A stretch of 63,624 nucleotides of DNA, counting the filler, from Octopus bimaculoides (taxonomy: Eukaryota): assembly GCF_001194135.2 (NCBI RefSeq). It is 5 parts of 4 records of this genome, joined end to end, with 100 filler letters (N's around TTAATTAATTAA, not from the genome) between each part and the next. Parts side by side here need not be neighbours in the genome. Positions count along the whole stretch, not along the records: positions 39,898 to 55,671 come from NC_068985.1; positions 55,772 to 60,717 come from NC_069005.1; positions 60,818 to 63,624 come from NW_026375408.1; 2 more parts are not named here. One strand, 5' to 3'. Under the pieces are notes generated by a model. The model was not told where the DNA came from, searched no databases, and was given only the letters and a program-made list of their open reading frames with translations. The position numbers and the translations under genes were made by a program. Shown piece after piece: positions 51,109 through 63,624 of this stretch. Numbering within the stretch: position 1 is the stretch's first letter; every line of letters starts with the position of its first letter.

Positions 51109-51619
51109 AGCCACCGGAGATTCTATTTGAAAAATAACCGTTATGGAAATAAAAACAAAGGGAAATAAGCAGGGGAAACAAACAACCATAAACATAAACA
51201 AAGGGAAATTACTGTGTGGTGTCGAAACCCGTCTAAAATTGCGTATATCATACACGCACGCACATATCTCAATGTGCGTACGTTTATATCTACATGCGCA
51301 CGTACCCTCGCACATATACTGTTCCTTGTGCGTGTCTATAAGCGCACGGAAAAAAGGTTTGGAGGGGAGTAAAAAACAGAAAAACTATATGTGGGAAAAT
51401 ACAAAAACCCTTAACCAAATACCTATGTAAAAACCTAAAAATAATTAAAAACATATAATATCGAAATATAAAAATAAAAAATAAAAATATAAGATTCAGG
51501 TAAAAATTGAAAAAAGTGAAAAAAGTGAAAGAGGTGAAAGAACTTAATATGGGAGCCTATCAGTGCCGCCAATCAGCACAAAATATTTTTAAACATATAT
51601 AAAAAATATGTGTATAAAG

Positions 51620-52690
51620 TATAAGAAATAATTCTCGAGACACAAAAAATATATATGTAATAGGAAGCAAGTCCAATCTGTAGCCTCAGGAGGACCAAAA
51701 ACGTAGTAAATATTTGGTCACATGTGGACATGTGGCTTCATAAATGATGGTTTCGGACATGCAACCTCCATTTAGCAGGCACAAGTTCTTATCTCTGCAT
51801 GAACAGCTGGCTTCATTTTTCGCCTTTTGTGTGTTGTTTGCGATTATATTCTTAAAATTAGCAGTTGAGCTGAAACTGATTTTTAAGTTATGTCTGTTGA
51901 AGATCTTCCTGTAATTATTGTTAACTGGAAAGTGTCTGTCTATCAATGCCAAGAAATATGTGCCTATGTTAAAGGTCACTTCAGGTGACTAGGGGGGGGG
52001 GATGAACCAGATAATTTTCCTATTTCTATGCTTTCTCCTTTTTGCTACTGGACTGTTGGTAGGTGTATAGGTTATTCCCTCGTTAAAACCACTGTCTTTT
52101 AGAGCCTTATTATATAAGCAATATATTTTCAACGGTATTGAAAATGTCTATATCGGAGGAGAGGCTAGATATTCTTTTACTATTGTTCTTAACTAAATTT
52201 CTAAACACTATGGGGGGATGGCAGGAACCCACATTGATGTAACTAAGTCTATCGTTGGGCTTCCTATAAGGTTTATAAATATTATTATTTAGATCTAGGG
52301 TCACATCTAGATAGTTGACGACCGTCAGGTTGGTGTCTGTAGTTATACTAAGGCCAAAGATTCTCATCAATTGGATAATATTCTTTCTGAATCTATCCTG
52401 TGCTGGTCCATTTGTATTAGTGGTTAAAGCTAGGCCATCATCTTTATAAATTGCAAAGTGTACGTCAGGAAAGGTCTTGCACAACGCCTCTAGTAAGAAT
52501 AGTCCAATAAGATCGCATATACTTGCTCCATCATATGACCCCATACTTACATCGAAAGCACCCTCTGTATCGGCAGTCTTGACCCACTCTGCGTTCTCGC
52601 TGAAGAGTAAGGTCTTTCTAGCATGGAAAATTATATCTTTATCTTGTGTACTGATTTCTATAAATCCGCTTGCCTCACTTTCGCAAGCGT
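51620..52690 (-). mobile_element. Penelope-like element (Naiad-like) RT to Zn-finger/GIY-YIG remnant
   Basis: FDVSMGSYDGASICDLIGLFLL, IYKDDGL, VVNYLDVTLDL, YKPYRKPN, SCHPP, RKIIWF-PPP, NIGTYFLALIDRHFP, CSCRDKNLCLLNGGCMSETIIYEAT. Frameshifted and truncated at a (TA)n tract near 52690. Confidence 0.85.
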
Positions 52691-52889
52691 ATATATATAT
52701 GTATATATACACGTACATATAAATATATACGTATACTTTTAAACTCTGTTTTGAAAAACATTCAAAGTTGTTAATTCTTTCCGGACTCCACAAACAGGTT
52801 TGTTTAGTGTGCATTACAGTACATGACAGACAAATACAAAATAATCGATGCATAGTCCACTTCACAGGACATTTTCACTTTACATAAAC

Positions 52890-53028
52890 GGTGTGGTTGT
52901 GTGCTAAGAAGCTTGCTTCCCAATCACACGGTTCCTGGTTCAATTTTATTGTCTTCTACTATAGTCTCGACTGACCAAAGCATTGTGAGTGGACTTGGTA
53001 GGCAGAAACTAAAAGAAGCCCGTCGTAT
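52890..53028 (+). mobile_element. Family B SINE (internally deleted)
   Basis: ggtgtggttgtgtgctaagaagcttgcttcccaatcacacggttcctggtt...gagtggacttggtaggcagaaact. Confidence 0.8.
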
Positions 53029-53650
53029 ATATATATATATGTGTGTAGGAAATCCCAAAATGGAACAACAAACAAAAAAAAACACAACAACGTGAGAACG
53101 TGGTACATGTAAAGTATTAGCAGACGCTCACGGAACCAAAGAAATATGGTCTAACGTTGCGAGCAACACTCTTCTTCAGAAACAGAGGAAAGGAAGAGGG
53201 AGGAAGAAAATCGCCAAGTATTCACATCTGGTTACATTTTGAAATGACCAGAAGGGAATGGGTGAAGAAAAAGTTCTTTTTAAAACAGGAGAGTGTAGGA
53301 GAAGGAGGTATGTGTGGGTATGTGCGTGCGGGCAAGTCTGTGTGTGTGTGTGTGTGTGTGTTTGTGTGTGTAATAGCACGTGTCTTTGCGGTGTATGTGT
53401 GTGGTTTTGGCGGTTTATGTGTACCTGTGAGTGAACTTCGTGTCGCTTAATGTTCTAGGAAGAATTCAGTAGCATGGTAGCAGGAGTGGCGGTCTTTTTC
53501 TGTCGTTGAGTATCTCTTCACATGTGCGTAGAGGAATGGTCAGTAGAAAGGTGTTTGACTGGCAATTTGAAGTATGTGTATGCGTGTGTATGTTCGTGTG
53601 TGTGTGTGTGTTTTGTGTGTAGTGTGTGTATGAGTCTCTCTATCACTCTT

Positions 53651-53682
<32 letters not shown>

Positions 53683-53958
53683 GTATATATATATATATAT
53701 ATATATATTTATTTATTTATTTATTTATACATATATTGATAGAAAAGGTAAGACAACAAAAGAAGGAAAGAGACCTCGATATTATGTAAATAGAGGAATT
53801 TATCTGTAAATAATATATGAATAATATATATAATGTGAATAATATATATATGTAAATAATATATATATAGTTGGAATTACAAAAATATAAACAAAACAAA
53901 AGATGAAGACGGGTGTGTAGAGAGAGGGAGAGAGACCATCGGAGAGACAATCAGTGAA

Positions 53959-54217
53959 GGTGTTGGCTTAGTGTTTAGAGCATGGGGCTCACAATCTTGA
54001 GGTAGTGAGTTCGATTCCCGGACTGGGCTGTGACATGTGGTTTTCAGCAAGACACCTTATTTCACATTGACCCAATTCACTCGACTGTAGAAACGAGCTG
54101 TGACGTCACTGGTGCCAAGCTGTATCGGCCTTTGCCTTTCCCCTTTTGAACATCGGTGGCATAGAGAGAGGAGGCTGGTATGCATGGGTGACTGCTGGTC
54201 TTCCATAAACAACATTG
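53959..54217 (+). mobile_element. tRNA-derived SINE, family C
   Basis: tggcttagtgtttagagc...gagttcgattccc...agcaagacaccttatttcac...ggctggtatgcatgggtgactgctggtcttccataaacaac. Confidence 0.85.
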
Positions 54218-54247
54218 ATGTGTGTGCGTGTGTGTGTGTGCGTGCGT

Positions 54248-54436
54248 GTTTGTGTGAACGTCTTTATGTCTGTGTTTGTCCTCCACAGGTGTTTGCGTGA
54301 ACGTCTTTATGTCTGTGTTTGTCCTCCACAGGTGTTTGTGTGAACGTCTTTATGTCTGTGTTTGTCCTCCACAGGTGTTTGTGTGAACGTCTTTATGTCT
54401 GTGTTTGTCCTCCACAGGTGTTTGTGTGAACGTCTT
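54248..54436. repeat. 43-bp minisatellite running into a gap
   Basis: Unit gtttgtgtgaacgtctttatgtctgtgtttgtcctccacaggt, about 4.3 near-identical copies. Confidence 0.95.
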
Positions 54437-54682
54437 NNNNNNNNNNNNNNNNNNNNNNNNNNNNNNNNNNNNNNNNNNNNNNNNNNNNNNNNNNNNNNNN
54501 NNNNNNNNNNNNNNNNNNNNNNNNNNNNNNNNNNNNNNNNNNNNNNNNNNNNNNNNNNNNNNNNNNNNNNNNNNNNNNNNNNNNNNNNNNNNNNNNNNNN
54601 NNNNNNNNNNNNNNNNNNNNNNNNNNNNNNNNNNNNNNNNNNNNNNNNNNNNNNNNNNNNNNNNNNNNNNNNNNNNNNNNNN

Positions 54683-54925
54683 GGAATTTGAACTCAGAAC
54701 GTAACGGCAGACGAAATACCTATTTCGTTATTGCCCACAAGGGGCTAAACATAGAGGGAACAAACAAGAACAGACGAACGGAATAAGTCGATTACATCGA
54801 CCCCAGTGCGTAACTGGTACTTAATTTATCGACCCCTAAAGGATGAAAGGCAAAGTCGACCTCGGCGGAATTTGAACTCAGAACGCAACGGCAGACGAAA
54901 TACCGCTAAGCATTTCGCCCGGCGT
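54683..54925 (-). mobile_element. Family A SINE with a tandemly repeated segment
   Basis: ggaatttgaactcagaacg(t/c)aacggcagacgaaatacc occurs at 54683 and 54867. Confidence 0.85.
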
Positions 54926-55597
54926 GAAGAAACCTTATACCAATTGAATATATTTTGTAGCATTTTTATGCATGCTTTTTTTTTTTCTTTTTTTTGGCGT
55001 CGCGATTCTGTTTTTTTTTTTGCGTATTCCTTATAAGGTTCACTGACGCCATTCATATGCCTGCCTGTCTATGCGTTTTTGTATCTCTACTCCCGTCTCT
55101 CCCTCTCACTTATATACACGCGCGTACACACACACGCGCGCGCGCGCATGCACGCACGCACACTGAAACGCACGCAAACATTCACACATTTACATTGACA
55201 TCTTTTCATATTCATATGTCTCCCTCCCCATTCTATGTCACTGCTTTGTATTTGTCATCTTCATTTATGACACATACGTAAATTTGATCGTCAAATTGTC
55301 AGACAGATGGCTGTTCCAATTTTATCTTGCTTTTTCCGATCACAGGAACTGTTCAACATAAACCAAAGAAATAAGTTTGGAGAAGGTCAGCATACTTCAC
55401 TACTAATTATTGTCTCCGAATACTATATATAAAATTCTTACTGATCTAATACTAGAGCTACACTGCAGACAAGAATTCCATGTTTGCGGGTAATTTGTAG
55501 TTATGATATAATAAATCCACTTGCATTCATTATTGTCTATCTCATCCAAAATATAATTAATGCTTCTGAACATAGTTATGCATGAGTATATATTTGC

Positions 55598-55628
<31 letters not shown>

Positions 55629-55772
55629 CACACACATACACTTATATATATACACTATATATATATATATANNNNNNNNNNNNNNNNNNNNNNNNNNNNN
55701 NNNNNNNNNNNNNNNTTAATTAATTAANNNNNNNNNNNNNNNNNNNNNNNNNNNNNNNNNNNNNNNNNNNNG

Positions 55773-56081
55773 ATGGCTGTGGTCGTATCGATAGCTGTGT
55801 TGTCAGCGTTGGTGGTGGTGGTGGTGGTGGTGGTGGTGTTGATGTTTGTGGTGGTAGGGTCAGTAATATTGGTAGTGTTGGTGGTGGTGGTGGTGGTGAT
55901 CGTAGACCTGATGGTCGCAGATTTTTCGTGTGATGGTATTGGTCATGTATGTGACTCACATGACCGATGGTCGTAGTTTAGGCATCGTAGTCAGTGGTCG
56001 TGGTGATCGTGTTGGTCGTGGTGGTCGTGGTGGTAGTGACGTTATTGGTGATGATCGTAACGTTCATATTGTTTCTTGCTC

Positions 56082-56123
<42 letters not shown>

Positions 56124-56560
56124 GGTTTATAATCCGGGTTATTTTGTATTGGGGGTAGTTGTAGGAGTTGTTATGGTTTCGGTGCTGTTCTTAATGTTGT
56201 CGGTGGTGCTCCTAGCCCTGACCTGTTGCACTCGATCACCTCTACGTCCGCTGTGCACGAGCAAAAATTATGATCAACGAGTTATATTCCATCCATGACT
56301 ATCCCCTCTATGAATGCTCTCCGCATCTGACTACATTTTCTAGTGAATGCTATTCATATTTAGTGATTGTAATGTGCGATTTAAGTGGTATTTGACTGCT
56401 ACTTCTGCAGCGTGAGTGACCACTTAGCTCTACCTCATAGACAAATTTTGGTGGTGGTGGTCATAGTTGCAGCAGTGGTGGTAGCGATGACATGATAGTT
56501 GTGGTTGGGTTTGTGGTGATGGCAGTGTTGGTGGTACTAATATGATAGTGTCAGAAGTCG
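55773..56560. repeat. (GGT)n/(AGT)n compound trinucleotide region
   Basis: Seen directly in the sequence. Confidence 0.9.
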
Positions 56561-56770
56561 GCGAGCTGGGAAAAACGTTAGCACGCCGTGCGAAATGCTT
56601 AGCGGTATTTCGTGTGTCTTTACGTTCTAAGTTCAAATTCCGCCGAGGTCGACTTTGCTTTTCATCCCTTCGGGGTCGATAAGTTAAGTACCAGATGTGT
56701 ACTGGGGTCGATCTAATCAACTGGTCCCCTCCTCAAAAATTTCGGGCCTTGTGCCTCGAGTAGTAAAGAA
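56557..56770 (+). mobile_element. Family A SINE
   Basis: ggcgagctgggaaaaacgttagcacgcc...gttcaaattccgccgaggtcgactttgc. Confidence 0.9.
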
Positions 56771-56811
56771 TATGATAGTGTCAGTAATAGTAGTGATGGT
56801 GAAATGAAATG

Positions 56812-57011
56812 GTGAGAACTTGGTTGGATCAATTTTTCGAGACGAAATCAGGTGATTTCTACGAACGAGGTATTGAAAATCTTGTTGAACGTTGGGAAGA
56901 AGTTGGAAACAAGAAGGGTGAATACATTATTGAATAATTAGTTATTTTTTATTAAACATTTAAAAAAAATTAAATTTAAATAACGGCGGTAACTTACTTG
57001 CCAACCTAATA
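56812..57011 (+). mobile_element. mariner transposon right end
   Basis: VRTWLDQFFETKSGDFYERGIENLVERWEEVGNKKGEYIIE* (stop ends at 56937), then TIR ...aacttacttgccaacctaa followed by TA. Confidence 0.9.
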
Positions 57012-57247
57012 CACACACACACATACATATGTATATATATATATATATATATNNNNNNNNNNNNNNNNNNNNNNNNNNNNNNNNNNNNNNNNNNNNNNNN
57101 NNNNNNNNNNNNNNNNNNNNNNNNNNNNNNNNNNNNNNNNNNNNNNNNNNNNNNNNNNNNNNNNNNNNNNNNNNNNNNNNNNNNNNNNNNNNNNNNNNNN
57201 NNNNNNNNNNNNNNNNNNNNATATATATATGTTTGTTACTATATTTT

Positions 57248-57545
57248 GAAAGCGTATAGATCAACGTTTGGAGCGTTGGGTTCACAATCATGAGGTAGCG
57301 AATTTGACTCTCAGACCAGGCTGTGTTGTGTTCGTAAGACACTTTATTTCACGTTGCTCCAGTTCACTCAGCTGTAGAAATGAGATGTGACGTCGCTAGT
57401 GCCAAGCTGTAACAGCCTTAGACTTCCTTTGGGTAACATCAGTAGTATGAAGAGGGGAGGCTGGTATGCATGGGCCACTGCTGGTCTTCCATAAACAACA
57501 TTGCCCTGGCTTCCTAAGTGCAATCCCATGGTCATTCATGGTTTT
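57248..57545 (+). mobile_element. Family C SINE
   Basis: Shares aagacactttatttcac and ggctggtatgcatggg...ctgctggtcttccataaacaac with 53959. Confidence 0.85.
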
Positions 57546-58338
57546 TACCTTCTATTACCACATGAACCACCAATAATCTTGAAAGCACTCACCTAAAGAT
57601 GTGTAGGTACACAGCTATTGCTGGAACATATTGATGCAATATTCTTTGTAATGTATAAACATGTACTCTGAGTAGGGTACTCGTGTCTGTCGAATATTCA
57701 GCCACTTGCACGTTAACTTCACATGCAGGTTGATCCGTTGATCGTAAAATCTGGAGTTAGGCTAATGCAGTTGATCGTATCACCTGGAGACAGGATAATA
57801 CAGCCAGTTAATACAAAACAGTATCTCAGGATAAATGCAGCACTTACTGACCTATCAACAATATGTGTATTACGTACGGTACATAGATAGCTATTTTAAT
57901 TAAATACTACCTCAGTTTCGTATACGGGATGTATATAATAATTTGCTTCCGTTTTCTCACAGAAAATCCTCGCAAAGTTGAAAACTCGTAAATCGAAAAA
58001 TCGAAAAGCGACATCTTCCTGTATCCTTGGTTTGATAAATGCTTAGGAATAAGCTCTAAACAACATGGTATTGCAGAAATAGTTTATTCCAATGATCATT
58101 ACATGTCACCTATGAAACACGCTACGTGTCACTGCTGACAGCCAGCCGTGTTATCGTCTCACCATCACAAATCTGTGACTGCATTATCTAATGTGAACCT
58201 TCATTGTTTTTAAAAGAATTTTGGAGTCCGATTTGAGATGTGAGATAATCTGGCTGTTATTAAACAATCTCATATCGAATCTTTCTTGTGATTGTTGGGC
58301 GAGTGGCGGGAATTTTGCCGACAAAAAGACAGAAAGCC

Positions 58339-58405
<67 letters not shown>

Positions 58406-58448
58406 TGATGATGATGATGATGATGATAATAATATATGAAAATGATAA

Positions 58449-58660
58449 CGGCGAGGTGGTAGAAATGTTAAGCACACCGGGCAAAATACATAGCGGCATT
58501 TCGACTGTCTTCCCGTTCTGGGTTCAAATTCCGCCGAGGTCAACTTTGACTTTCATCATTTTGTGTTCGATATAATGAGTACCAGTCGAGCATTGGGGTC
58601 GATGCAATCTACTTATCCCCTCCCCATAATTTGCTGGCATGGTGTCAAAATTTGAAATCA
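58449..58660 (+). mobile_element. Family A SINE
   Basis: cggcgaggtggtagaaatgtta...gggttcaaattccgccgaggtc...caaaatttgaaatcattatc. Confidence 0.85.
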
Positions 58661-60131
58661 TTATCATTATTACTTTCTTTAATTATATTGCACCAAGTAT
58701 TATATCATGCAATATGCCTTCGTTCATAAGGTATCGAGGATTCATCTGACTGCCATTTCTAGTACGATATGCGAACGTGTTACTTCCTGATGTTATTCTT
58801 GCTGGTCTTGCTGCTTTTGTTATTGTTGTTGCTTTTGTTGTTGTTGTTCTTCTTCTTTATCATCAAATTCATCAAAAGCGTCCCATTCCTCCCTCATCAA
58901 CCTGTATGTAAGGAGTGTAGGACAAAATCCACCTAAGACAAAACCCCTTAGGAAAATAACAGAACCCTGAGGACAAAAAAAAAAAAGCACAAGCAATTTT
59001 TAAATCATGATTTTTATTCCTATTATTTATAGTTTACGAACACCTCTCTGAGATTTGAAATATTGCATTCATTATATAATAATCATTTTGTTATATTTAG
59101 AGATGGTCATATTTTTGCCAATTAACCACACGCACTATGTATTTGATATATATCAAAACAAATAGAGATTGATACGCGATTAGTAATTCAGACGAAATAC
59201 TTCTTAAGCTCTCTGACAAGACGTCATGGGATCAATATTGTACTCTTCCCCCCTTCGCTCTATTTATTTTAATGGCAAGGAGATATTCATTGTATTTTTT
59301 CCCCAATATACTTCTCCTTTTCTTTCCAATTTAACATTTATTTTATTAGGTTCTTTTTCTATTTTATAATTATTATTGTTTTTTGTTTTATTATTGATGT
59401 TGCTTTTGTTCTTATCTTCTTTACTTTGTACTTTTGTTCTTTACTCTACAACCCTCTTTAAAAATTGTATTAGCCTTATTATTGCATCTTTACAAATAAT
59501 AGCTTGGTCTCATATTTTACGATCACATACCGAAACATTATTAGTCTTATTCTTACTTTACTAGTTATAGCGTATTTATGATCTCTGATTACTATTTTTA
59601 AAGATTACTGTAAACTATTTATGTTTATATTAACTCGAGGCAAATCGATTTTGATACTTTAGGTTAAAATAATTAGTGTCTCCCTCGCTGTCATTTATTT
59701 TGTATATTTTCAAATACTTCCCATAAACAACTTTACTCAAAATACAATAGTAATTGCTAAAATATAATAGCAATCTGTCACTGATCACTAAGAGATAGTA
59801 GAATACCAAATTATTTTACTGGATGTCAATTCTATTCAAATCCATAATATGAGACGACACTGGTTTAAGGCTGATGATTTAAAACGGATGACTTAGTTGG
59901 GGAATAATGCCACTTTGACCATAAACCTTCTTTAGTTTTCGTTGGAAGTTGGTTTGTTTAGGCTTTGAAGAAAATATCGTATGGTGGCGGTTCCTTGTAT
60001 TTATAGTTAATCTATTGATTGACTGGTAAGATTGAACAAGGAACACAAACACACCCAAATGCATATTCGAAGCGGCTGTAAGCCTTATTGTAAATGACTA
60101 AATATATAGAGCCCATTATGAGTATATATTG

Positions 60132-60470
60132 CTGATATCCCCTTCGGTCATGACTGACCATAGGATTGCACCTAGAAAGTTACCCTCACAGGCACAAGTC
60201 TGGGCAAGGTTGTTTATGGAAGACCAGCAGTCGCCCATGCATACCAGCCTCCCCTCTCTATGCCACCGATGTTATCCAAGGAAACGGCAAAGGGGCATAT
60301 ACTGCTTGGCACCTGTGACGTCACAACACATTTCTACAGGTGAGTTAATTGTAGCAACGTGAAATAAAGTGTCTTGCTCAAGAACACAACACGCAGCCCA
60401 GTACAGGATTCGAACTCACAACCTCACTACCCTAAGCTCGACGTTCTAACTACTGGGTCATGCGCCTTCA
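60132..60470 (-). mobile_element. Family C SINE (near full length)
   Basis: gttgtttatggaagaccagcagtcgcccatgcataccagcc...aaataaagtgtcttgctcaag...ggattcgaactc. Confidence 0.9.
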
Positions 60471-60581
60471 CAAATATCTAGTATGTTTACATATATATGT
60501 GTGTGTCTATGTGTATCACACGCATACATATATACATATATTTCTATTTTCTATTTTCTCTCCCTGTTTATTTCTGTGTTC

Positions 60582-60617
60582 CTTTCCGTCGAAGAGCGTA
60601 GGCTCGAAACGTCAAAG
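60582..60617 (+). ncRNA. Minimal hammerhead-like motif within a dispersed repeat
   Basis: CTTT-CCGTCGA-A-GAGC(GTAG)GCTC-GAAA-CG-TC-AAAG. Core deviates from CTGANGA. Confidence 0.4.
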
Positions 60618-60903
60618 ACTTCCTCACTTCCCAAGCGTTAAACTAATACATCTGTTTGTTGTTTACACACTTGTCTTCGTCTATTGTTTTTTGGTAAATT
60701 CCTCCTACATATATATANNNNNNNNNNNNNNNNNNNNNNNNNNNNNNNNNNNNNNNNNNNNTTAATTAATTAANNNNNNNNNNNNNNNNNNNNNNNNNNN
60801 NNNNNNNNNNNNNNNNNTATATATATATACGTACGTACCTATATATATATACGTATGTACGTACGTATATATATATATATATATATATATATACGTACTT
60901 ACG

Positions 60904-60941
<38 letters not shown>

Positions 60942-61949
60942 TAGGTACTTACGTATATATATACGTATGTACGTACGTATAGATGTTTGTGTGTAGAGAG
61001 ATATATATGAAGATATAAACAGAAGCAGATGCTCACTCATGCACACATATATTTACTTTCACACGGTCACTCACATACATACTCGCACATGCACACTAGT
61101 GTTTAATAGAAAACAATGATGTTGGCATCAAATTTGCAATGGAGACTTTGATGTAATGGAAGAACAAAGAACTACAAGCATAGCCACCACCATCACCACC
61201 ACCACCACTACTACTACTTCTACAGTAACAACATCAGCAACAGTGACTACAATTGGAATTAATTAACTCTTTGATGTGAATAATGTTAATCATTGTGGAA
61301 TTGATTGAAGAGAGAGAGAGAGATTGTTGGTGGTGAGAGACTATTTGATGGGGGATGTAGAGGTAGTGGGGAGAAGGGGTAGGTAATAAATGTTGAGTAA
61401 AACGAAGTGGGATGGGTGAGGCGGAGGAGGAGAAGATTGATGATGATAATGAAGATGATGGTGGTGGTGGGGATAATGATGCTGGTAGTGATGAAGATGA
61501 TGGTGGCACCGGTGATTTTAATGAAGAAAGTAGAAGAATGAAAAAGAAATGCTAAGAAGTCTGTAAAGACAAGAAAGAAGCATTGTAAATTCTCTGGAGA
61601 GAGAGATAGAGAATGGCGGTGCCATAAGTCTGCCAGACAGACAGTGTTGTTGCTTTCACCAAATTCTCAAGATACTGCAATGAGATGTTGTTACATTCAT
61701 GCCTTTCCAAAGGAGACGCTGGCAGCTGAAGATGAAGAGAAATGGTATAATTGATTAATCAAGTGACCACCCCTACAGACTCAGCTTGTCGGAGAGGTAC
61801 TCGTACAAGTACTCTCAGTCTCACACACCTGCTCTGGCAGGTGCTACAGATTTACCTCGTCAAGGAAGCAACTGATTCGGAGGTGTTAGAGCCCCAGTGA
61901 ATTACTGGTACTCTCAGTCATTAATTATTTCTTTTTTTTTTATCTTTTA

Positions 61950-62110
61950 TCTTATTCTTGTTTCAGTCATTGGACTGTGGCCATGCTGGGATACTGCCTT
62001 GAAGGGTTTCGTCAAATTCAATCGAGTATTAATTTTGTTTTTCTTTTCTGTCAGTCTCCTTTTGCCAACCTGCTAAGTTACAGGGACATGAACGAACGAA
62101 TACCAATTGC
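61950..62110 (-). mobile_element. SINE 3' portion with the same tail as 62431-62480
   Basis: gtttcagtcattggactgtggccatgctggg. Confidence 0.7.
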
Positions 62111-62430
62111 TAAGTGATGGCAGTATGTATAGGCATTCATTCGCGATTAATTAATGATCTTACAAGGCTGGAGAGTGCCATCTATCATCTCAGAGTTGCC
62201 AGAAGGGTGTCAAGGGGAACACCAGACCACCACTCCTTGATCTGCTATCAAAGATGACCCTAGTCATCATCATCACCATCATCAACAACAGCACTACTAT
62301 CACTTCTGCCACCATCACCAATCTCCTCCTCCCCCTCCTCTTCTGTTTTTCTCTCCATTTATAACTGTTCTAGATTCTTGTAATTTCACTGTTATTATTA
62401 TTATTATGCATCTAATAAGCTAATCATTAA

Positions 62431-62604
62431 TTCTTTTATTTGTTTCAGTCATAAGACTGCAGCCATGCTGGAGCACCGCCTTTAGTTGAAGAAATCGACC
62501 CCAAGACTTATTCTTTGTAAGCCTAGTACTTATTCTATCAGTGGGACTGAACCTGGAATCATGGTGGTTTAGAATCAAACTTCTAAACCACACACCTACG
62601 CCTG
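62431..62604 (-). mobile_element. SINE with a family B head and a LINE-like 3' tail
   Basis: Head caggcgtaggtgtgtggtt...ggttcagtcccactg is joined to tail ...ggcggtgctccagcatggctgcagtcttatgactgaaac. Confidence 0.75.
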
Positions 62605-63043
62605 CTTCAATATTATTGTACTTCAAATAAATTTTTTTTTTAAATTGCAGAAAATTCACTGGAATATTAATGTTATATCAATTCCTTTTTAAAATAATTC
62701 AAAGTAGAACTGTTCTTGTTAAATTCATTAAGATAATTAAAGACAAATATTTGAAAATGTTATAATTTATTAAATGAATTATTAATGACTTTGCTTGAAG
62801 ATTTATGGTTTTAAATATATTTTTGTACAGTTGTTTGTTTTTGAATTATTCAAGTGTGAAAATTAAATGAGATACAATGACTATAAATTTAAGGTGTGGC
62901 CCAACTTAGAGACAGACGAAAGACAATTTGGGCGGAAGTTCAAATGCTACTCATTTGTGTCACTCTGCTTGCATCAATGTTGTTCATGGAGAAAAAAAAA
63001 GTTACTGCTTCGTTAACCACAGTTTAGTCATTCCATATATATA

Positions 63044-63262
63044 GATGAGGGGTGCTGGAAAGTTCCTGGCTTTAAGGATATTGGGAAAGGCCTGGTTGGA
63101 AGCCCAACCTTCTGAGTTTTTTACAGGGCTTAGAAAAACTGAAGGACCACTGCAATAAGTGTGTGAATCTGAGAGGGGAATATGGTAGATAAAATCAGAG
63201 TTAACTCATCTTTATCTAGTTTCTTTTACCCAAAGCCAGGATCGTTTCAACAGCTACTCATA
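63044..63262 (+). mobile_element. Internally deleted mariner (MITE-like)
   Basis: Left end atgaggggtgctggaaagttcctggcttt and right end aaagccaggatcgtttcaacagctactcata form imperfect TIRs. Inside is [22 protein letters not shown], a mariner C-terminal remnant. Confidence 0.8.
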
Positions 63263-63624
63263 TGTGTGTATATATACATATACGTACGTACGTACATATA
63301 TATATATACATACGTACGTACGTACATATACATACGTACATATATATATACATACGTACTGACATATATATATATATATACATACGTGCATATATATATA
63401 AAAATACGTATTATATATATACGTACGTACATTTATACATACGTATATATATATATACGTATGTACGTACATATATACAAACGTCTACGTACGTACATAT
63501 ATATATACGCACGTACGTACATATATATATATATATATATATACGTACGTACATATAGATACGTACGTACGTACATATATATATATACGTACGTACCTAT
63601 ATATATATATACGTACGCACGTAT
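63263..63624. repeat. (TA)n/(TACG)n compound microsatellite (also 60818-60985)
   Basis: Interleaved tatata and tacgtacgtacg runs. Confidence 0.95.

Noticed and set aside
51985-52000. In-frame TGA in the Naiad-like ORF (nearby 51978-51980) as possible selenocysteine
   Set aside because: Explained by a frameshift in the poly-C run (WF.PP..SPEVTFNIG); the element is degenerate.
53959-54030. tRNA-like A/B box sequences here and at other SINE heads
   Set aside because: They continue into SINE bodies and lack a full cloverleaf, so they are not tRNA genes.
55930-56298. 122-aa ORF resembling a membrane protein (Ser run then hydrophobic stretch)
   Set aside because: Made of (GGT)n, (AGT)n and GTT-rich simple repeats, with no domain signal.
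26227-60772. Palindromic TTAATTAATTAA repeated four times
   Set aside because: Always embedded in N gaps and has stops in all six frames, so it is an assembly linker rather than biology.
64-63558. Remaining short ORFs in the track (YI, CV and HT repeats and gap-spanning ORFs)
   Set aside because: Products of microsatellites, N runs or antisense frames of the receptor and transposons.

Overview
AT-rich, microsatellite- and transposon-dense eukaryotic draft-assembly window with many N gaps, four of which carry an artificial TTAATTAATTAA linker. The repeat content and the single gene point to a coleoid cephalopod, most likely Octopus (inference). Only one intact protein-coding gene is supported: an intronless minus-strand ORF (29896->28553, 447 aa) encoding a divergent Cys-loop pentameric ligand-gated ion channel. 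It has lost the acetylcholine-binding aromatic cage and vicinal cysteines but keeps a cation-type GEK M2 motif, matching the atypical nAChR / chemotactile receptor (CR) family. The rest is a decayed mobile-element landscape: CR1/L2-group LINEs (one with a nested RTE insertion and TSD), three Penelope-like element (PLE) remnants, five hammerhead-ribozyme-like motifs, Tc1/mariner ends, a 165-bp solo-LTR-like element with a 5-bp TSD, and several SINE families. A decayed ~270-bp palindrome lies 2.6 kb upstream of the receptor gene. All alignments and pairings were done by eye; no database searches were run.
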